A DNA stretch of 56,662 bases, the filler included, from Dugesia japonica (Eukaryota): the NCBI GenBank assembly GCA_001938525.1. It is 4 parts of 4 records of this genome, joined end to end, with 100 filler letters (N's around TTAATTAATTAA, not from the genome) between each part and the next. Parts side by side here need not be neighbours in the genome. Positions count along the whole stretch, not along the records: positions 1 to 12,185 come from MQRL01632059.1; 3 more parts are not named here. One strand, given 5' to 3'. A program made the position numbers and the translations under genes. The notes under the pieces were generated by a model. It did not search any database and was not told the DNA's origin. It saw only the letters and a list, made by a program, of their open reading frames with translations. Numbering within the stretch: position 1 is the stretch's first letter; every line of letters begins with the position of its first letter. Below, one piece after another: positions 1 to 10,690 of the stretch.

Positions 1-31
1 ATAAAAAAATCATTTCTATGGTTTCTGTAAA

Positions 32-650
32 ATGTTACTACAAAACAACTCGGATTTTCAAATAGTAGGCCCCAGTGGAAGCGGCAAAACGTTATTTTTT
101 TGCAAATTATTACAAAAAAAGTAGTTTAGGACAAAGTCCAAACATATTTATTGGCACCGAGATTGTGGAGGTGAAGCTGGCTTGACTAATGGTGAATTTT
201 GCAAGTTGAGAAATATTACGATAATTAATGAAGTCGATGATGATTGGTTAAAGAGATTAAATACTGGTGATATTATTGTAATTGATGACTTGTTTCAAGA
301 GACAAAAATGCAGGCTGATTTTAATAATCTCTTTAAAAAATCTGCTCGTCATGGTAATGTAACTGTCATCTTCATCACCTAAAATCTTTTCCATCAAGGT
401 GGCATGCATCGTACACGTAATCTAAATGTTCATTATTTGGTTTTATTCAAGAATCCACGAGATCAAACTGTGGTTGATTATATTTCCCGTCAAGCATCTC
501 CAAAACATAAATGATTTTTATCTGATGCATTTCGTGATGTAACTACAAAACCACATGGATATTTATTTATTGATTTTATGCAACAATGTCTCGATGATGA
601 ACGAATTAAAACCGATATATTCAATTCGGAAGAAATAACAGTTTACAAAC
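32..650 (+). pseudogene. FtsK/A32-like genome packaging ATPase
   Basis: One frame with 3 stops: Walker A IVGPSGSGKT, Walker B IIVIDDL, SARHGNVTVIFIT*NLF, YLVLFKNPRD, KPHGYLFID. Confidence 0.92.
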
Positions 651-682
651 NNNNNNNNNNNNNNNNNNNNNNNNNNNNNNNN

Positions 683-1191
683 GATTAAACAAGTTCTTTA
701 CCAAACAAGGTAACAAAAAATGGATACATGTTTTACCAAAAATGATTTATGCATACAACCATTCTGAACATAGAAGTATTGGGGGAGGAAAAACACCAGT
801 TGATATTACAGATGATGATGATTTTAAACAGTATATCATCAATAAAAAGCAAAAACCAAAATATAAAATTGGACAACATGTACGGATTTCCCGAATTAGT
901 ACTACACCATTCATTGAAAACTTTGATAATAATTGTAGTGATGAAGTCTTTCAAATCTCGAAAATCAACACGAGACAGACCCAAGTCATGTATGTAATAC
1001 ATGACGAAGATGGTAATATTATTTAAGGCAAATTTTATGAGTAGAAGTTACAAGTGTTGCCGGGAAAACCAAGTATATATCGAATCAAATCCATACTCAA
1101 AACCAAAAGTCAAGTACAATATAAGCAATATCTGGTTGAATGGCATGGCTTTTTAAAGCCTACGTGGATTCAAACATCTCAAATCCAATAA
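683..1191 (+). pseudogene. Polinton retroviral-like integrase, C-terminal part with chromodomain
   Basis: YNHSEHRSIG..TP, KPKYKIGQHVRISR, II*GKFYE*KLQ, then YRIKSILKT...YLVEWHGF..PTWI. Its stop overlaps the penton ATG (TAATG at 1189-1193). Confidence 0.88.
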
Positions 1192-2538
1192 TGAGTTTTT
1201 ATATGGTTTTGCCAAGCAATAGTTGTCCAAGAACTCGGCCTAATAACAATACGAGCAATTATTTGGTCGACTATGATAATGCCATCAATTTAAAAGATGN
1301 NNNNNNNNNNNNNNNNNNNNNNNNNNNNNTTTTCAATTATTGTCCACAGACTATACGGAAAGGTTCAAAAATCGAATATAAAATAAGAGAAGTGATGGAA
1401 ATTGAAGATAAATTTTAATTAAGTATTGTAGATGGTAGTCTACAACTTAATAATACCTTCCCTATCAATAAATATAATTGGTATATATTTTCCAATGAAA
1501 AGAAAGTAATATTACAAACATATTGTCAAGTACAAATGGAGTTTAAATCGTTATCAGATGGAAAAAAAATTTGGATTCAATTTAATCAATACCAAAAACA
1601 AGAAGCCATTATTTTCAGTTATTGAATCTGATGAGCAGTATTCTGGAAAATATTCCATCAATATCTTTAAAATTAAAATTTAATACTATTGAGGAAGGAA
1701 AGGCTAAAATAAAAGAAATTGAAGAAAATGTAATTGTTGAGATTAAAAATGGAAAACCTTTTGTTTCTGGATAAAAAATAAAAAGAATTGCGAAATCAGT
1801 TTAAATGGTCAAAAGAAAATAATTATCAAATCTGATTGCAATATAGAATTGGAGTTTTATTCATTGTTTGATACTCGATTACTGGTGTTTCATTCGCGAA
1901 AGACGAAAAACAAACCTATGGATTCATTTATCGAATCAGATACTAAAATGTTGGATAATATCGCCAAAACTGATGTTAAATTAAAATTTACTGAAATCGA
2001 AACAAAAATAAACTATTTTGGATTTGAAAGTGATTTAATGGTTACGAATCTGGATAATCTGATTACATCATTTATAAAATGATGCCATAAAATATTTAAA
2101 GAATTTGTTATAGATTCAAAATTTGGATTGCTCATGTTTAAATTATTTGATAATGTTGAATATGTCTTTGTTGAGAGTCTTTCGCTAATACTCGATCTCC
2201 CTTCGACGAAATTCTACAGATCCACAAAACAAGTAAAGAGTTTGCATAAAATAGTATTCCATGGTGATATTAGACAACTATATATTTACTCATCAATAGT
2301 CGATCAGATTCTGGTTGGTGATGTACGCATGCCACTTTGGAGAAGTATATGGGTTGATAGTAATAAGCATTCATTTGATGATATTGTACATGTAAAACTT
2401 GCAAATTCAATGTATTTACTTGTATCATCATCTTCCATCAACAAAATTGACGTAAATATACGTGATGATGCAAAAAGATTGATTGATTTTCCATATGGAT
2501 CAAAAACAAGTTTAACTCTACATTTTCGACAAGTATAA
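1191..2538 (+). pseudogene. Minor capsid protein (penton, single jelly-roll) with enlarged insert
   Basis: N-terminus MSFYMVLPSNS..PNNNTSNY; C-terminus LYIYSSIVDQILVGDVRMPL..IDVNIRDD..LIDF..SLTLHFRQV*. Internal stops and frameshifts. Confidence 0.9.
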
Positions 2539-2570
2539 ACAATTTGATTACCACGCGATTCATTATTGAA

Positions 2571-2971
2571 ATGGATGATCAAGCTATTATCACAATGTCG
2601 TCCACAAATGGGGTAGAGACTTTCCATACTTTATCGGTAATCAACAACAGCAAGGCGGCGGAATTTGGCTGCATAAAATTGGACGTTTTGCAATTCCATT
2701 TTTGCAGACATTTGAACTTTCCATTGCAAAGTCAGTGGGGTGAGTAGCCCTAAAAACTGTTGATGGTGTTATAAGCAAGAGGCAGTCATTTAAGAAATCA
2801 ATCAAGAACCAAGCAATGAATATGTTGCCGGATGTGAACAAAAATGCACTTAATGCATTAAAGGAATTTGTTGATGGAGAGCATACCAGTGAAATACGTA
2901 AACGGAAAAATAAAATAACATCGACTATAAACAAAAGACGACGATTTGATGAAACCATCCTTGCAAAATAA
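2571..2971 (+). pseudogene. Small Gly-rich/amphipathic virion protein with basic tail (pX/core-like gene of Polintons)
   Basis: After a frameshift: FPYFIGNQQQQGGGIWLHKIGRFAIPFL..VG*VALKTV..FKKSIK..RKRK..KRRRFD. Sits between penton and hexon. Confidence 0.65.
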
Positions 2972-2973
2972 GC

Positions 2974-4076
2974 ATGTATGGCGGAAAAACTGAATTATCG
3001 CTTTTTTACCACAAAATATCGCAAGTTGTTGTTGAAAGCTTCACATTTGAAGAAATCTACCCAAAAGGTTCTATAACTGGGTAAGCTGGACAAAAAATTG
3101 AGTTCAATATTATTGGTTCAGATAGTAATTACTTGGATTTGAATGATACGTTGCTCATTATTAAAGCATGATGGAACGGACTTTGCATCAACTGATACTA
3201 CCAACATGATACAAAAAACACTTTTCTTGAAGCCATTGGTTATCATAAAGAAGATAACAAAAGAAAAGGTTGAATTTAAACATCTGCAAAGCTAACGCTC
3301 CGTGGTGCACTTAATCTGGATTGCTTTTATCCACCAAAGTATTTGTTGCCGGAAGTCAATGTGACAATTAAATTGACGAGAAATGTGAGTTCGGTAATTT
3401 ACAAATATACTAAAGACGCTACAGAAACAGTTGAGATGAATCCACAACCATACATTATAGAAGNAAAATTAGTAGTGCGACGAGTTTGAGTTGATCAGTC
3501 GGTTATGATTGGACATCGTCAAAGATTGGAACATCAAAATGCAATCTACCCTTTCCAGAAAACAAAAATCGTACATTTTACAATTCCGAAAAACTCGCAT
3601 GGGAAATATAAAGACAATCTCTTCTCTGATGAACGATTACCGCAATTTATTTTGATTGCTTTCCAATCGTCGAAACAAGCAAGTGGTGATTACTGTTCAT
3701 TTTGTTCGACATTCTCAAATTTCGGTGTAAATTCAATATGCTTGGCAAGAAACGTTGATTATCGAGAAACATATACTACTGAATTTGATACCGACTATAC
3801 CGAGGCATATTTGTAATTAATTATTCGTAATATGGGTCTGTTAAATGTAGATCGAAACAACGGTATTACAATGAAGGAATTTAAAGACTCGTGTACGTTT
3901 TTCACCTTTGTATTGGCACCGAACTTTGCAGTTGATCAACCGCAATTGCCAAAAACCGAAATCTCAAGTTGGATGTGCGATTTCATGAAGCCTTGATGGA
4001 ATCAGTGACAATGTATAAGTACGGAGTATTTGATTCGGAAATTCAAATCACCAAAAATGCGGTAGTAGTTGTATAA
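2974..4076 (+). pseudogene. Major capsid protein (hexon, double jelly-roll)
   Basis: MYGGKTELSLF..EEIYP..KIEFNIIGSDSNYLDLNDTLL; KYLLPEVNVTIKLTR; NAIYPF..DNLFSDERLPQFILIAF; NLKLDVRF..YGVFDSEIQIT. Stops, frameshifts and an apparent internal deletion. Confidence 0.9.
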
Positions 4077-4146
4077 ACAAAACATACATGTATGTGTGTA
4101 TTGTATAGCATGAAGTATGTATTGATTTTTTTATAAAGAGAATTTA

Positions 4147-4518
4147 TTGATTGCTAGTACTTTACAGATTGAAACAATATTGAAACGTGATTTGGACACC
4201 AGGCGATTCAAAGGAATGTATCCACTGGAACGATTACCGGGATTTTTACAAAACGGATCCTATGTAATTAATACACATACCTTGAATTTGGATGGTGCAC
4301 ATTGGATTGCCATTCACGTTAAACTAAATATTATTCGTGTATTTGATTCAATGGGCATGTTTTATCCACTATTGGTGTTAACAAAATTGGAGCNNNNNNN
4401 NNNNNNNNNNNNNNNNNNNNNNNNNNNNNNNNNNNNNNNNNNNNNNNNNNNNNNNNNNNNNNNNNNNNNNNNNNNNNNNNNNNNNNNNNNNNNNNNNNNN
4501 NNNNNNNNNNNNNNNNNN
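4147..4518 (+). pseudogene. Adenain-like cysteine maturation protease (C-terminus in N gap)
   Basis: FKGMYP..LP..YVINT..GAHWIAI..VFDSMG carries the catalytic His and Asp; the Cys region falls in Ns. Confidence 0.85.
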
Positions 4519-4527
4519 ATATTTAAA

Positions 4528-5205
4528 ATGCCTGTGTTTTTTATTTATTATGAAGCCTTTCAGGATAATAATGCCGACTATTTAATTAAAGTATTATGTA
4601 TAATGAGTGTGGATAATATTCTTCAACTGTTTTATTACATGTTTGCCATGACGGAATCAATAGGTAGTATGAGGAAATAATTATTATTCAATAATTTTGA
4701 GCCAATAGAATAGTTCATTCCGAATAAAGATTTTTAAGCTACTATTCAATTATCATTTNNNNNNNNNNNTTTAGAGTTGAAGTAGAAAAATAAATTATGT
4801 CTAAAAATATTAGTTCTGATTTGAATAATCAATTACCAATTGAAGATTTACCTAACAGGTAGTTTATCAAAATCTGATCAAACAACTAATGAGTACTTAC
4901 GGATCTGGCGTCATCATCTGAGTTGGATTGATGGAGATTTAAACTTTTATTCATCTAGAATAATGAATAACTTGAAAGCAATTCCATACGATGCGCTGTT
5001 TTATGTAAATGATCAGGTAAATGGAAAAAAATTAATACTCTTAAACACCTTTTCCCAAGTCTTTGAACTGTTAATTATAACTCAAATGAGCATCAATAGC
5101 TATGTATACCGAATAACATTTTCTGTCCATATTATAACCACGGATATTATTGTGCATATAAAAAATGTTTAAAGCTCTGTGTACATTACCTGTCATGTAA
5201 ATATA
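4528..5205 (+). pseudogene. Polinton accessory ORF, probable DEDD/RNase H-like exonuclease fold with C-terminal Cys/His motif, split by a ~195-nt insert
   Basis: FIYYEAFQ..YLIKVLCI / SLSKSDQTTNEYL..HHLSWIDG..FYVN..K..LKHLFP / CPYYNHGYYCAYKKC. Fold assignment is by motif resemblance only. Confidence 0.5.
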
Positions 5206-5334
5206 TATTTTTTAAAATTTCTTTTGTTGCTTTAAGTAATTAATAATAGTATTAATAATAATCATTATTATTATTTTATTTTTTTTTAAAATAATATTTG
5301 AGGCTCATTATTTTTTATGAAAAATTGTAAAAGT

Positions 5335-5797
5335 TAGGGTGTGAAAGTTCATGCAAAAGGTGTGCAATTTCACAGTTTACCTTAAAGTGTGAAAGATCAC
5401 ATCATAAATAAAACATTTTAATTATACAATTTATATATAAATGCTTAATGCCTTTAAAGTTTTTTACAAACTCATATTTAAAGTGTGATAATTCACATGC
5501 TAATAAAAAAAATTATTGTTTCATTGTTTACTTTTCGAACGTTTTAAACAAGTAATTAGGTGTGTAATATAAATGTAAAAGTCAATTGTTTAAAATTAAA
5601 GTGTGAAATTTTGACGCTAAAGGCTTCAATTTTCACACCTATTGTTGTTTACATTGTGAAGTATGAATTTTCACACCTAAAGGATAAAGTTCATTGTTTA
5701 CATTGATGTGTGAAAATTCACACCTATTGTTGTTTATATTATTAGGTGTGAAGTGATCTGTCAATCATCTGAGCCAGACCATGCGTAACCACCTACT
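5335..5797. repeat. Candidate Polinton right terminal inverted repeat region with reiterated GTGTGAA/TTCACAC and TGTTTAC motifs
   Basis: Follows the last gene; about ten GTGTG/CACAC motifs; ends CCACCTACT at 5797 (AGTAG.. on the minus strand, similar to Polinton AGT-type termini). The left TIR is not in the window. Confidence 0.5.
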
Positions 5798-5984
5798 CTA
5801 GATAATTCTTTGACTTTTTTAATCTTTGAACTTACCGGTGACAGAATTCAGTTTTCTATCTACCACCAAGTCCAGCAATTTTATAGACAGCATCATTTCT
5901 TAATTTTCTAACTTTATAAAATTTATTCATAATATAGTGCATTTTTTATATTTGTTCTAACGGATCAATTAAATTATTAAAACC

Positions 5985-6019
5985 GATTCCTGACGAAGAG
6001 AAAGTCGTAAATTAGAATT
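5985..6019 (+). ncRNA. Degenerate minimal hammerhead ribozyme (Penelope-type)
   Basis: GATTC CTGACGA A GAG AAA GTC GTAA AT TA GAATT. Confidence 0.5.
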
Positions 6020-6113
6020 ATTATCAAAAGCACACCAAAATAATTTTTTTCAATTAAATTAAGTTCTATAAATTCCCAATGCTCTACCTGAAATTTATTT
6101 GTAGACATTAATT

Positions 6114-6543
6114 ATGATAACTAATATTATATAAAGAGGTAGAGTGTTGCAAGAAGTAACAAAGAAAATGAACTTCCTTACAGATAAATCTATCAATTCA
6201 ACGTCAGATGGGACAAGTATACAATTAAATTCTTCAGAACCGGAAAATGAAGAATAATAGGATACAATCATAACCCTTATAACCGCAAGATTTGAACGAC
6301 TTTNNNNNNNNNNNNNNNNNNNNNNNNNNNNNNNNNNNNNNNNTAGATGAGAGTTCCAATTAATTTGTATAAATTAGTAAAAATTGTCAACTGTCAGTTT
6401 AAACCAGAGTTATTTTCTGCATTACGGCTTGTAAAATATGATTTTATGTAATACTTGAACTTCAAAATTTAAATTTTCAAGACGACTTGGACAACATAAC
6501 ATCATATTTATCCAATCTTATTGAAAACATTGATAACATTTAA
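6114..6543 (+). pseudogene. Intronless TATA-binding-protein-like gene (decayed)
   Basis: MITNII*RG.. / YTIKFFRTGK*RIIG (TBP repeat 1, cf. LIFSSGKMVCTG); MRVPINLYKLV..CQFKPELFSALRL (cf. FPIRLEGL..YEPELFPGLIYR); VILELQ..*. Confidence 0.7.
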
Positions 6544-6724
6544 AACAATAATATAACAAATTAAATAAAACAATTTTACTTGATATTGTTAAAATGGCAA
6601 AATAATGATGAAATAATATGAAATTATTCCATTCNNNNNATATTTAATTAATATGATTAAACACAAATCAATTTTAAAACGCATTTTTTAAAACATTAAT
6701 TATAAGTTAATTAATTCTAAACTG

Positions 6725-7165
6725 ATCAATTATTAAACGATAAATTTTAAATCCTATGAATTTTAAGCTGTTAAACTTTGATGCTCATGAATTTTAAGCT
6801 GATAAAATCTTATTCTTATTAATTATAAGTCGCTAAAATTTGATTCAAATTAATTTCAAACTGATAAATTTTAATTTTTATTAATTTTAAACTGTTAAAT
6901 TTTGATTCTAATTAAACTTAAACTGATGAATTCTTAAAATCTTATGAATTTTTAGGTTTATGGTGAGAGTTGTATTTTCAATGAGGAGTTCTATACTTTC
7001 TATGCAGTTGTCTTTAATTTTCTGTGATGACTCATGTATTTACCATGATGATACCTGTACATTCTATGATAAATTGTCTATGGTTTTTAATGAAAATATA
7101 ATTTTCCATGACAAAGTGATTATTTTCCATGTCGAAATGTTTATTTTCAATAATGAATCATATGT
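6725..7165. repeat. Degenerate minisatellites: ~31-bp unit (6725-6950), then ~21-bp unit (6955-7165)
   Basis: Units such as ATGAATTTTAAGCTGATAAAATCTTATTCTT and CATGACAAAGTGATTATTTTC. Confidence 0.8.
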
Positions 7166-10100
7166 TTGACATGTTGACTTAGAAATTTTATGTGTTGTTT
7201 TAGAATTTTGTGTGATGAAATGTAATTTTAGAGTGTTGACTTAGAAATTTCAATGTGATAAACTATATTTTTAGTGTGATGGATTATAAGTGTATATGTT
7301 TGTTTGAATTTTTATCTGCTGACTTATTATTATTATCTATGTAATCTATGAATGTTACTGAATACTTCTGTGTAATTTATAAAACATTTGAATAGAAATA
7401 TACAATGTTTGAAATGTTTTATTGACTTATATGTAATTTTTAATAATTTTAATGACTTTCATACGAGGGCTGTTTGAAAAGCTTTGAAAATGAAAAGAAA
7501 AAAACAACATTAATTGTTTAAAAATCAAATTAATTTTCTACAAAATCTCCTTTTAGCTGAACACATTTAGTCCAACGTTTTTCTAGCAACTGAATACATT
7601 GCTTGTAATGACTTTCACCAAGGCTTTTANNNNNNNNNNNNNNNNNNNNNNNNNNNNNNNNNNNNNNNNNNNNNNNNNNNNNNNNNNNNNNNNNNNNNNN
7701 NNNNNNNNNNNNNNNNNNNNNNNNNNNNNNNNNNNNNNNNNTGAATAGGGTGGATGGTCAAGCAACTCGTACTTAAATTCATTGAATTTTGTCATGGTCA
7801 AAGTGCTTTGTGGTCAGGTGCATTGTCTTGCACAAAAAAGATTTTTTTTCTTTTGAAAACCTGGTCGTTTCCCATGAATTATGTCATCCAATTGGTCCAA
7901 TAGGTTTACATAATACTGGGAGTTGATTGTTTTTCCTTTTCTAAGGTAGTTTAATAAAGAAATTCCTTTTGCATCCCAAAATACAGATGCCAAAACCTTC
8001 CCTGCTGATAAAACCATCTTGGCCGTCTTTGGTGCATTCAAACAAGCTTCCATCTACTATTTGGATTGTGCTTTTGTCTCTGGTGCGTCCAGGTTTTATC
8101 CATAGTTACAAGACGACTCATAAAATCTGTTTTATAATGATTAAATCTATCCAGACATGATAGAGGAAATTGCATTTTAATGCGCTTTTCATCGATTGTT
8201 AGCAGATGCAGCCCCTATCTTGCACAAATCATTTTCATCTTCAAATCTTCATGCAAAATATGCCAAACTATTTCATCTAAAATGCCTGTGGCAGAAGCTA
8301 TTTATCTAACCTTTATTCGTCGATTATCCAAAATAATATCATCTATTTCATGAATGATTTGTGGTGTTGTCGCGCTTTTTGGGCGTCCACTGCGTAGATC
8401 ATTTTCAATCATCGTATGGCTACGTCGAAACTTCAAAGCCCATCTGTGAACTGTTGAAAACGAAGGAGCACCTTCTTTTAATACTTTGACCATCTTTGTA
8501 TGGATTTCCGTTGTTGATAATCCTTCCAGGACAAAGAATTTTATGATCGTTATATATTTAATTTTTTCCATTTTAAAATTAATGNTGGTAAGTCAAATTA
8601 AAATAAGTAATTTAAACAAATTACTTTACATATGGGAATGCTATTATAAATAAGTTAGTATTAAAGATGAAATATTAAAACGGTTTATAAATTTTTTGTT
8701 ATTTTGTTAAATTAATCCTGTCGTTTTCAAAACTTTTCAAACCACCCAAGTATAACTTTAGCATGATGAATTATAATTTTTATGTACTGGTTTCGAAATT
8801 TTATGTGACTGCTTAGAATTATACTGTAATCNNNNNNNNNNNNNNNNNNNNNNNNNNNNNNNNNNNNNNNNNNNNNNNNNNNNNNNNNNNNNNNNNNNNN
8901 NNNNNNNNNNNNTTTTTGGTCTTCTATGTGTATTAAGTTTAATACGGTTATTAATTTAATAAGTTTATTGGTTAAAAATGTTTAATAAATATATCAAATT
9001 TAATAGGTTTATTAGTTTAACAAGCGTTTTGAGTTTATTGTTTTTTATTTCTTGGGGACATCTAATCTTAATGTTAATATTGTCCATGGGGAACATTTAA
9101 TATCATAGGAAAAATAAAAGTTTGTGTATATAATTTTAAGGATTTTCTATGGTTTTTTAAGTGTGGTCAGGATTTGAATTCGGGTTAGGATTATGGTTTT
9201 CTAAGTTTTTATAGAATTAAATAAAAATTTCTAGGATTTTAAAAAATTTTCCAAAACTTTTATAGAATTGTTTAGTGTTAAAGTTATTGTTATGGTTAAN
9301 GTTGCCGTGGCATTTACATTAAATAAAATAAATTTTTAAACCAAAACATAAATTCTAAGATCAACTTTCTAAGTCAACCCACATAAATTACAGTCTGTCC
9401 CATTAAAATTATATTCAATCACATAAAATTCCATCTCAACTCATAAAAAAATATTCTTTAAGTTAACATTATAGTTCGTCAGGCTAAATTGTAAACCATT
9501 TATAAAACTTAATAGTCTGCACATAGAAATTTAATGTCAACACGTTAACAGTACATTTCATCACAAAAAAGTCAGCACGAAACCTTTAAGCTCATAATCC
9601 TTCAACTCTAAAAATATAAAGAAGTAATAAAACATTTTCAAAAATTTTATAGAAGTCATCATATTTTATCATTAATTACATAAAAGTAATAATAATTTTC
9701 AAAAATTACACAGAAGTCCATAAACCTTCTAAGTCAGCACATGAAAATTCTAGCAAACATGTTAAACTTATAATTCAATACACTAAAACTATATTCTGTT
9801 ACAATAAAATTCTAATCCATCACATTGAGTTGTAACACATGTCTCTAAAATTACAATCCATTACACAAAATAGTAACACATTATACTTGATTTATAATTC
9901 ATCACACAAAACTTTCATTCCATCCCAGTAATATTAACACTTACATGTACAACCATTGAGCCAACATATGAATTATAATTCATCACGCTAAAATTACATA
10001 GACGTTATTAAAAATGATCATAAATTACAGAAGGCAATAAAATATTTCAAACATTACATACTTCTATTAAAGATTTTCATATGTTACAAAGAAGTATTCA

Positions 10101-10690
10101 ATACCTTTCAAACATTACAAAGAAGACAATAAAATTTCTAAGTCAACATATATAAAACTTCTAACCAACAAGTTAAACTTATAATCTATCACACTAAAAA
10201 TATATTTCATCACATTGAAATTTTTAAGTCATCACTTTAAAACTATAATCCGTACACTAAAATTATATTTCCTCACATAAAATTCTAAGTCAGCTCCTAA
10301 AATTTCTAAACCATCACACAAAATTACCACTCTAAATGTAAAATCTTTAAGTCAACAAATACAATTTATAATCCATCACAGTAAAATTACATTTCATCAT
10401 AGAATAATAGTATTCATTCACACAAAATTCCAACTCTACTAATGAAAATGAATGATCAATACGTTAAAATTATAATGCATCTCACGAAAGGCTAATCTCG
10501 TCCAAATAAAATTGACACTCAACAAGCAAAATTCTAAGTCAACACATACAATATCTAAGCCAACACATAAAAATTATAACACTGAAATTACAATCCATAA
10601 CACATAATTGTAATACATTTCACTAAAATTATATTCTGTTTCACAAAGGTTTCATTCAATCACAGTAAAATTCTAAGTAGTCACATAAAT
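6960..10690. repeat. Large fold-back structure with internally repetitive (~19-20 bp unit) inverted arms
   Basis: The reverse complement of 7170-7460 plus 8753-8830 aligns colinearly with ~9930-10330. The arms are built from AAATTCTAAGTCAACAC-like units. Confidence 0.8.
7464..8750 (-). mobile_element. Full-length decayed mariner transposon
   Basis: TA flanks; imperfect TIRs CGAGGGCTGTTTGAAAAG / CTTTTCAAACCACCCAAG; ~1.29 kb; transposase pieces RSGRPK, GKVLASVFWDAKG, LLDHPPYS. Confidence 0.95.

Larger units (their letters stand above)
1..5797 (+). mobile_element. Decayed Polinton/Maverick (adintovirus-like) endogenous DNA virus, right-hand part
   Basis: Co-oriented, tightly packed, stop/frameshift-ridden genes in the order ATPase, integrase, penton, small virion protein, hexon, cysteine protease, then a motif-rich terminal region. 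No pPolB in this contig. Confidence 0.93.

Noticed and set aside
32-4076. In-frame TAA/TAG at Gln-like positions suggesting a ciliate-type genetic code
   Set aside because: TGA at Arg-like positions and frameshifts also occur, and the par-3 exons and zinc-finger ORF have no internal stops. Ordinary C-to-T decay explains it.
4147-4680. Single 177-aa ORF in the track
   Set aside because: It fuses the protease and the next gene through an N gap.
6725-6950. 31-bp array as a CRISPR
   Set aside because: Degenerate tandem units with no unique spacers or cas genes, in a eukaryotic context.
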